DNA of 64,000 bases from assembly GCA_964247055.1 (NCBI GenBank), contig OZ176055.1, forward strand, positions 8,432,001-8,496,000, given 5' to 3'. Positions 54,901 to 64,000 of the stretch are shown here, in pieces. The notes under the pieces are model-generated. The model worked only from the letters and a program-made list of their open reading frames with translations. It did not search any database and was not told the origin of the DNA. Each line of letters opens with the position of its first letter. Position 1 is the stretch's first letter. This DNA is from Paragordius varius. Its lineage: Eukaryota > Animalia > Nematomorpha. Both the position numbers and the translations under genes were made by a program.

Positions 54901-56384
54901 CTTTTAAAAAATATATTAAGATTTTTTGTTAATTACACAATTATTTTTACTTATTCTGAGGTGTGTATGTACCGCCAATATGTTTAAAATATAATAAAAT
55001 CCAATTCTATAGATTTTAGGCATAAAAATTTAATATGTCCTTTTAAAATATTTTTTTATAGATAAAAATAGGATCTTAATGGTGTTTTGAGCCCTTTAAG
55101 AGATTTAAAGACATCTCTTTTTGTTGTTTTTACATATATTGCAAAATCTCAAAATGGCGACATCATTCTAAATCAATATTTTTGGTAAAAGCTATTATAT
55201 TTTATACCAAAAAATAAAAAAATAAAGCCAAACAAAATTTATTTTTAGATGTAGAGCCCGAAGTCAAATTGTCGAACTAAAACTTCTACCTTATAAAATA
55301 AATGTAAACGATATCATGCGTTTACAAAATATATTCTACAAAAAGTTTTGTGGAAAAAATCACAATAGTTAAAAATTTAATATTAGCAAATAATTGAAGC
55401 GTATTTATGGTAGCTTAAACCATTTGGGACACGGTATAAAACAGTAATGCTCAACATATCTGTCACTTTTAATTTTTGTTAAAAGATCTGTTAGTCATTT
55501 AATTATCAAACTCTATTCTCCTGTATTAGAAAAAATAAACTTATAATTTTTAGAATTTTTAACTTATATTCCCGAAATTGGAGAGCCCCGAAAAAATATT
55601 TGATATAAACAGCTGATAATAAGATCAATATATATAATTGATAAATTGTAATTTGAAAGCTTCCCATATCTAGTTTTTATTTTAAACCATCATATGCACC
55701 TATTTTCCTGTTATGTTCGCTAAACAATATAGATGAAAAATGGCAACGAAAAAGTTCGAGATAGGATAATGACATTTTTTTATAGGCGCATAAAAAGCTA
55801 AAGTAATCATATTTTTAATTTGGTATTTAAGATATTTAAATTTTTAATGGCCATGTGGTGGAAAACTACACCAAAATCCTGAAGTCAATTTGCAAATAAA
55901 TTTTCTGAGGTAATTTTTCAACGCATCATATCGAAAAAGTATATTTGAAATATCTTAAAGTGTTTTTACGTTTCTTACAAATTTCAAAATATTGTAAAAG
56001 CTTAAACAAAACTTCGCTTAAATTAATTTTTTAAATATACATTTTTAAATAAAATTTTATAGGATATCAATCTGGCATGTATTTAAAATATAATGGCGTA
56101 ATATGGTTTCTGTTTATTTAATTACGCTAGCCCATTACAGGAAATTTAAAATGCTATTTTGGAATTAAATAAAATATAAATACTGTTTTGGTTTTTAAAT
56201 GTAATTTATGATATATTTTATTATTTTTTTGGAAGAAACTATTTTTCACCATATATTTCTAGCGAAATGTAAATTTTGCAATTTTTAATATAATAATTTA
56301 GCAAAACCCTTAAAATTACTATAAATCCTCATTTATTTATCAAATTATATAAATTTATTTTAGAATATTTCTACCAATTTTTAA

Positions 56385-56966
56385 CACTTCGATTCAAATT
56401 GGGGTATCTAAATACCCCAGACTAAATTTAAATTAAATTTTCTTAAAAACTACTGAAGGAAACGGTCCTAATTTAAATTTATGCTCCTATCCTGATAAAT
56501 ATTATATAAATATGCCAAAATATCTTGATAAAATTTTGTTTTGAAGAAAAAGTTCCATCTCAAACTACTTCGACGCCATTTTTATTTTATAAAAATTTTG
56601 CAAAATATCGTCTTCATTTAATTTTAAGGGCAAAACTAAAGCTTATTTTTTATATAAATTACATCTCACATTGATTGAAATAGAAAAAGCGGTTTTTTTT
56701 GTATTATTTTTTAATTTTACAATTTGACACATGTCACGTTGACTTAATTTTTACCTTTCAGTTTTAGCTCAAAATAAGTAATATCAAGTATTTTTGAATA
56801 AAATTTTTTATATATTTCGGTTTATTAATGTTATATAAGTGCAAAATTTTGCCATGGTTTCGATTGCTTCCATACTTTGTAAAGTATTTGATTTTAAACA
56901 GGCCTGGGGTATCCAACTACCCCAATTTGAATCGAAGGACTAAAATGAGTGTGTTGTATCCAAGTG
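56385..56966. mobile_element. TTAA-type (piggyBac-like) MITE, best-preserved copy
   Basis: TTAA on both sides (56381-56384 and 56967-56970), CACTT...AAGTG ends and the subterminal inverted repeat CGATTCAAATTGGGGTA. Confidence 0.85.
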
Positions 56967-57058
56967 TTAATGTGTTTTTTATTCATCTGTTGCCAAATAA
57001 GGTTAGGTTTTTTAAATTTAAAATCCGTCAATTTTTTGCATTTATTTATAATTATTTC

Positions 57059-58312
57059 ATGCCATATAAAGTTTTATACGATAATAATTTCAGCAATGAT
57101 AATTATATTGGTAAAAGTTTGACAATAAATCAAAAAATTACTATCATTACTTTGGAAGAAGCGTGTTATCATTCTTGTATAGTTTCACAACATTTTTCTA
57201 CCATTGTATTTTTTATTTTAGCAATATATTCATTAAATTATTATTCCACACCATATTTGCTATTATGGAATTCAATTCAATCTAAAATACTTTTAGTAGC
57301 CTTATTTTATTCAGTATTATGTGTTTGCATTCTTCGACACTATCATTCCTTATTTCACAAAATTTATCCATCAAAAAGTAAAAAGATACAATTATAAATT
57401 AGATTTGGAGAAATTTATAAAAAATTTCAGATTTTTTATTATCTTTACATCATTTAATTTTGGATTATCACCCCTGTTGCCGAGTTTGACGGAATCTGTC
57501 AGCTTTGATTCTATCTGCACCATTTCAGTTTGCAGCTTTTTTCTCAATCTTTTGACACAAAATTATTTTCCACCAAGCGAGGACAGGTTTTCGAACAAAT
57601 TTATTCAAAAAAATTATAAAGAAAAACAATTATCAGAATATATTTTTTAAAAAAACCATGGCTCTAAAAACTAGATATTTTAAATGATTTTTACCCTATT
57701 TATCCTAGATTGAAATCCGATATAATTGCTGCTAAACCAAGTCTTGGATTTGCTTTTAATGTGGCACTTTTTGGATGTTTTTGCTTAGCTTCTCGGCTAC
57801 CCCAAAGTCCTTACCATGCATTTATAACCACATCGCTTGCCGCTTTGGTGTTTGGCATATGGCCAGATATTAGACAACACATTAAATTATATAATCAGAA
57901 ACTTTCTTTGTTAATTTTACAGTACAATGATAAAATTTATAGTAAGTCTTCTCCTCCTCTCAATAACCCACCATATCAAAAATTTGTTATCAAACTAATG
58001 TTGCACGTTTCTACACAAAAATGCATTACGACTCTTTTTTTCATCCTAAACATAATATCATTCCTGACCCTTAATCTCATTGAAAACACATCATCAAATA
58101 ATGCTAAAACTTTTTTATTTGCCTCAGTTAAAGTTCCATCGAAAACCATAATTTTATTGGTTTCGCTTTATACAGTTATAACTGTCTTTATAAACTTGAT
58201 TGCACCCAAAATTTATGTTAATATGCAAAAGTATAAATGTATTGTAGAAGGACCTTGGGACGAAGCTGTTCCTGCACTAAATAAAGTACATAATGTTGAT
58301 AAAACATTATAA
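57059..58312 (+). CDS. PIGC: Phosphatidylinositol N-acetylglucosaminyltransferase subunit C (GPI2)
   Basis: Motifs KVLYDNNFSNDNYI, FGLSPLLPSLTESVSFDSI, FGCFCLASRLP and EGPWDEA match PIG-C. Introns are 57378-57402 (25 nt) and 57587-57708, with a possible third in-frame intron at 57942-58127. Confidence 0.92.
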
Positions 58313-59262
58313 TAAAGAAATATTTATTTGTATATATAAATATATTATATTTAATATATTTTGAAAATGGATAATTGTCTAATAAAATAGAGATTCTATA
58401 TGATATCGATAAATATTTACATCCAATTACGATTTTTTGGGGCGGAAAATATGGTTAAGGTTTTCTGTTGCGGGGTAACCTTCCTAAAACAACATTTAAA
58501 AATATTATCGCCTCCAAATTATAACCAAATAAATAGCTTATATTTAAGTTATCTATCTATGTTGACGAATAGTTATTTTATCCAAGGATCAGACTGAAAC
58601 TTTTTGATTTTCGTTTTATATTTTTTATCAGTATCTAGAGAGTTATGGTTCCAAGATTTTTACAAAACATTATATCTATTCTGATTTTATGTTTTTTTAG
58701 GGTTCTAATTTCGGGCTTAAATTAATTTAATTATTCAGATATACAATACATATAAACATAGTCTTAAAAAATTTATTCCATGCATCTTTTCTCTGAATAT
58801 TTTTATGATTCAAATAATGTAGCAAAAATAAATCTAGAGTTCTATTGGAAATTATGTAAGTAGTTTAAAATTTTTTTAAAAGAGTGCCATTTAAAACGGT
58901 TTCAAAAAAGGCTTGGTTTCGGTTCCAATCCATAATTTTACCCTAAATTCCGTTAAGTCTACGGTGTTTACCCTAAAATCTTTAGCTTTTATTAATTACT
59001 TTAAAAATAACCTAATAGTTTTTGGGCATATTATCATTTGAATTGGAACCAATTGAAACCAAAACATGCATAATTCTTGAGATTTAACTTGGAACCGGTT
59101 CCGATAATTTCGGCAACTAGTTCTCTGATTTTTTTAAAAAAAATCTTATAACTAAGAGGCTCTTTGATTTGATATATTTCCTTGGTTGGTTAAAAAATGT
59201 AGCCTAAATATTTTTGACAAAATAAAAAAAGATAATAATAAAAATGATAAAATGTGACAAAC

Positions 59263-62200
59263 GGCATTTGCAGATTTGGCAACCCCTATCATCAGTCAGA
59301 TATCCATGTGAGCAATAGGCTAAACATTTGAAAGGTTGACATTCTGTGCCCATATTGATAGCTACATATGCATACATAATTTGTTACCCAAAAATACTTG
59401 TTAATTTGTCATAAAATATTGCTGGATATAACATACACAAAGAGGCGCGCATTATTATTCGCTAATAGCAAGAAAAAGCGAAAAAAAATAACTTTAGCTA
59501 ATGATATTTTCATTTGCCATATATCTTATCTTGGAATATAAAATGAAAAACTAGCAATGTATTTTAACTTATACTGTAATTGTCAAAGTAAATTAAAAAT
59601 AAAGATTACGCATATACCATTTTTTGAAAGACTGATTATTAAAACCCCAAATGTATATGACTAATATTCGCTTTTACAAGGACTGGTTTACCGATTTAAC
59701 TAAAAGAACACGTCATAGAACATTGCGTAAAAAATTAAATTGACTCAGACCCATTAGACAAATTGTAGCGTCTTGTTTTTATCACTGAGTAATCATGTCG
59801 AATTTTTTCATAAAAAGAAAATTGTAACACGCATATCTATTCTTATTACATCAGAACAAGGCAGTCATCGTTTGCCGCTAAAAGCTATAGTGAATGTGCT
59901 CCATTGATTAAGATTGTGAAACATAATTTTAAATATTAAGTTAGGATTTCAATATGAAAGAGAGTGGGCGTGGTAGAACAAACGATTGCGAAGATGATAA
60001 TGTGCAAGAGTTATTGTATGAATACTTAACAAACTCAACGGCGATTGGCAGAAGCACTCAATGTATCAAAAAATGATCAATAGATGTCTACAAGCAATGA
60101 GAACTACCAATAAACTCGGTAAATGGTCCCCACAATTTTAATAAACGTCAAATCGAAAATGGCAACGTGACTTGTGTAATCCAGCTACAATGTCTCGAAA
60201 TCAAATGATTTTTGCTTCAAATTGTGACGGGTGATGTGATGCGGGTTTATTTTGTAAATTCAAGGCGAAAAATTGTGGCTTCCACCTTGCAAAGCCGATT
60301 CTTCAACACGGGCTAATTCACTTCCACAAGAACACTATGATGTGATGTGTTTGTGGTATAAAAACGGTATTGTCCTATATTTCAATTTTCCGAACCCAAT
60401 AAAATCGTTAATGCACAATGCTATCGCCAACAAATGATTAATTTAAACATCATTGAATTAATGAAAAACGATAGGAATTGGCAAGATGACATTGCAAAGG
60501 GATTCTATTATATACAATGCTTCGCGTTACACATCAAAACCAGAGAAAGACACATTAAAATCCCTGATGAAAAAATTCTTTCGCGTTCTCTGTATTCGCC
60601 TACCTTAACACCATTAAACTATTATCTCAATGCGGGGCACATGCGCAAACATTCAATAATTTAGAAGAATGGTTGGACGAATGGTTTTCCACAAAACAAC
60701 GATCAATTTTTTTAATATGGCATTTATATATCTGAGAGATGGGCGATTATATATGAGCTTATGGAAAATATTAGTGATTAAATATAGAGTTATTTTTATT
60801 TCAAAATTAGGTGTTTTTTTACCAAAATAACCGGTGTAAACTTGTGACTACACTGTTTGCTTCCAAAAATACTATATATATATATATATAAAGAGGTAAA
60901 ACTTACGATTGCATTCACAGGTAGGACAACCATCTTCTTCCCTGTATCCGTTTGAACAGACTTTATCACATCTTGCGACACAGGGTTCTAAACAAAATAA
61001 AAGTATTTGACTTTATAGACATAATTATAAAATGAGAAATAAAGGCTCCAATATTGTAGATATGTTACCATGGCAATTATCATAAAGGCAATGTTAAGTT
61101 AGGAAAACCTGAACACTTTTTGTTCAAGAACTGTTTTTGAAAAAAAAATTGATGGATGCAATAAATTTGAGTAACTGGAGCCAATTAAAATTAGTTTTAA
61201 GTAAAAAATATTTATTTTAATCAATGGTAATTTTTTATATAGCAAAAACTTGATTAAGCAATCAGAATATGGGAAAATAAACCAAACTTAGCTCACAAAT
61301 AATTGATATTTAGAGTAATAAATTAAATGGTATAATATTAATAATGTTATTTGAGGGTGGATATATTTGATTGTTTTCATAGGGGGTTATGATTTTTTAA
61401 AGACTATTAAAATACGAGTTGAAACATTTTAATTGAATAAATTTCTTTAGATAACTTTGGCACCATATGGATCATAAAAAAACATTTGTTGAATATCAAT
61501 TGACTATTTGTAACAAATATCATTAAATAAGGCAACAAGTAGTTCCTATTTTTTATTTAAACCACTGCTATGTTATGGCTTTCTAACGTAAATATTTTAA
61601 TATCTTTGTGAAAACGGGTAAACGTAAATATTATATCTTTGTAAGAACGGGTAACCCATTTCATTTATATCTTTCAGTAAATTTATGATATAATAAATAA
61701 AAAATTTCAAAAAATGGCATTTAGATTAAAAATTTGTAAAGAATTTTTTTTATAAATTACATACTTCTCATACAAGCACAGATATCGCAACCATTGCCAT
61801 CTTTTGCATAGCCATAAGGACACCTTAATCTACAATTATTTGCTGGGCATGCTAATAGATTAGATATGTTAATATAACTGATAACACCAGGATATACGCT
61901 TTTACAATGTTAAAATTATGAATGCCCTTAAATTATAGGTATAACCAAACAGCTTTTATTACATACATGTATTGGCTTTTGACAAATATATCAAAATAGA
62001 TTTTGCAAATCTTCGTGTAAAAAAATAGTAGTTATCATCATGGAGAGGCGTAGCTAGAGGAGGGAAAAGGGGGGCCGATGTACTGGGCGCCATAGTTGCA
62101 GGGGCGCCGAATTTTAAAATTTTTAATTTTATTTCAAAAAAATAGGTGTTTAAAAGTTATTATTTCAAATAATACATAAAAAAATCACGAAGGGGAGCGC

Positions 62201-63115
62201 CATCTCGTATTCATAGACCGGGTGTGCCAGAAATTCAAGCTACGCCTCTGCATCTTGGTGAAAGTATACAGAGCATTTAATTACTAAAAAGTATAACAAT
62301 GGCAAAAAATGGTCCGAAAAAGTTAGTATATATATATATATATATATTATTTATTTATTTGTGGTTACAACCGCTTATTATGTCAAAAAGTCATTAGTGA
62401 TTAAAACAAAATGATAATAAGTGTTAAATAATAACTTACAATACGTAAAATTTTGATATCTTATCATTATTTTATAATGTTTTTAACATCAACTGCAATG
62501 TGTTCAAAAATTTGAATGGTTATTTTTAACTAAGGGGTTTTATCCAACCCTCTGTATATTAAATTAAAACCTCCACGGCACACACATATGTCACAGCCGA
62601 GGGAATCTTGAGCGAATCCGTTTGGACACCTCATTCTACATGTTATTGGTGGGCATTCTGCATGCAATTAAGTTTGTTTAAATAATTTACAAATGTTTAT
62701 CACTGCTTTGTTGCTATGACAACATAACCAATCAATATTATTTTTGAAATTACTCATAATTTAGTAACGTGTGAATTAATAAAGATAAGCAATAAAATAT
62801 TTTTCTGCGTTTAAAATAGCTAAACTTATGAGAATATATATATTTCTTAAATAAATTCTTTAAATAAATAAAAATATATTTCAGTTTAGAAAAAGTTTGA
62901 AATAGAAATACCGATTTACAATAAAAAATTTATGTTTAATATAGTCTCCAAAACCAAAGTTTGATTCAAACAAAAGCTGTATTCAAAACATAGGTAAAAT
63001 AAGAATAACTTACTGCAATGACATGTGTCGCACCCTTTGAAGTCTGTTTTATATCCATGAGGGCAACGGTTTGGACAATTCACAGGCTTGCACAAATGAA
63101 GCGTGTCTAATAGCG
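59263..63115 (-). CDS. Multi-domain antistasin-type serine protease inhibitor (5 repeats seen; first and last exons unresolved)
   Basis: Five phase-1/phase-1 exons: 63014-63115 (CKPVNCPNRCPHGYKTDFKGCDTCHC), 62571-62657 (CPPITCRMRCPNGFAQDSLGCDICVC), 61765-61851 (CPANNCRLRCPYGYAKDGNGCDICAC), 60907-60987 (CVARCDKVCSNGYREEDGCPTCEC) and 59263-59361 (CQPFKCLAYCSHGYLTDDRGCQICKC). All show the six-Cys antistasin spacing. Confidence 0.9.
59700..60860 (+). mobile_element. Mariner (Tc1/mariner, D,D34D-type) transposase relic inside an antistasin intron, antisense to the host gene
   Basis: From ATG 59795 to ~60781, fragments read MSNF, LAEALNV, GKW.P, IVTGD and YSPTLTP.NY (= YSPDLAPSDY), with LEEWLDEWFSTK near the end. 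Many frameshifts; ends approximate. Confidence 0.85.
62044..62250. mobile_element. hAT-type MITE in an antistasin intron
   Basis: TIRs AGAGGCGTAGCT / AGCTACGCCTCT(G) are flanked by CATCATGG and CATCTTGG (7/8 TSD match). Confidence 0.8.
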
Positions 63116-64000
63116 CTAAAATGAAATATATTTGATAATAAGTTGACAACAATCTAATAAATAAAATATTTTTATATTTATTTTGTTTTATAAATATTTA
63201 CATATTTCAAAAGTTTTTGTCATTTAGAAAATTGGTTTGACAATTTAGATTAGGTTTATAAACGTTTTAACTCTACCATTAATCAGTCTTTTTTTTATAG
63301 TGGTGGTTTTTACCAAAAAAATTTGACCGGCTGCATAATTTTTAAGGGCCGTGCACTATAAAATACCGACAAATGTTGCGTAGCTGTTTGATACGTTTGT
63401 GTACGAAATTTTTGGCGGTTGCATATAAATCACAGCTGAAATGCCTCTTAAACTATTTAATTAAATAAAGATATTTTTCACCAATTTTAACAAATCAGGT
63501 TTAATGGCCAATTGTAAATATGACCTCGGGTTGTTTTAAATATTTAGAATCTGTGTTTTTAGGGGGGTGGACTACTCAATAAAAAATGTGATTCGATCAA
63601 TCCATAAAGGAAAAACTTTAATGGTCATTAATATTGAATATGCTAAAAATCACAAAATGTGGGGTTTTACTCGAGTGCTCTATATAGGAGGTTGCGATTT
63701 TTAAAAAAGTTCTCGACTATTTAAAAAAAACTATAATCATCCATACTAACGATTTTAAAAGAATTCTAGCATCAATTTTATGCGAAAAGCGCTAATTATA
63801 TAAGAAAAGGAACCGAACCCAGGAGCGTAATGTAAAAAGTTCGACTAAGATAGGCGCATTTTTATTCATAATAGAATTTAAATGAGCCTACTGTTTTCGG
63901 AATCTTCGTCATTAGCTTTAAGTTTTTTGGAATTTATATATTTTTGTGGTTATCTTTTTTAACAGAGCATAACTATCAGCTACCGACGAAATTTAAACAA

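Noticed and set aside
42404-58312. Functional clustering of a GPI-biosynthesis gene (PIGC) with a possibly GPI-anchored Ig protein
   Set aside because: They are 10 kb apart and divergent, eukaryotic neighbours are rarely pathway-linked, and there is no evidence beyond proximity.
60805-60870. Apparent extra antistasin-gene exon after a (TA)n acceptor
   Set aside because: It lacks the Cys pattern and coincides with the probable mariner right end, and exon 60907-60987 splices in phase to 59361 without it.

Overview
This is very AT-rich eukaryotic (animal) genomic DNA, not prokaryotic, so the supplied ORF track mostly shows exon fragments or noise. By hand I could splice six host genes: pinin (PNN, minus), an HRG-1/SLC48A1-type heme transporter (minus), NPRL2 (plus, head-to-head with HRG-1, start codons 53 bp apart), a Beat-like two-Ig-domain cell-surface protein with a long Pro/Ser/Met-rich stalk (minus), PIGC (plus) and a five-repeat antistasin-type protease inhibitor (minus, 5' end not located). 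One further unidentified spliced gene is possible near 14.5 kb. Ten introns are only 24-31 nt long. Much of the rest is transposon-derived: a decayed Utopia/NeSL-like RLE LINE, a decayed Ty3/Gypsy element and a 1.3-kb deletion derivative of a related family, a near-intact RTE LINE, three hAT elements (two with exact 8-bp TSDs), a mariner relic, TTAA-flanked MITEs, hAT MITEs and an unclassified repeat with ~320-bp internal tandem units. No rRNA, tRNA or CRISPR array was seen. All homology calls come from recalled motifs, not database searches.
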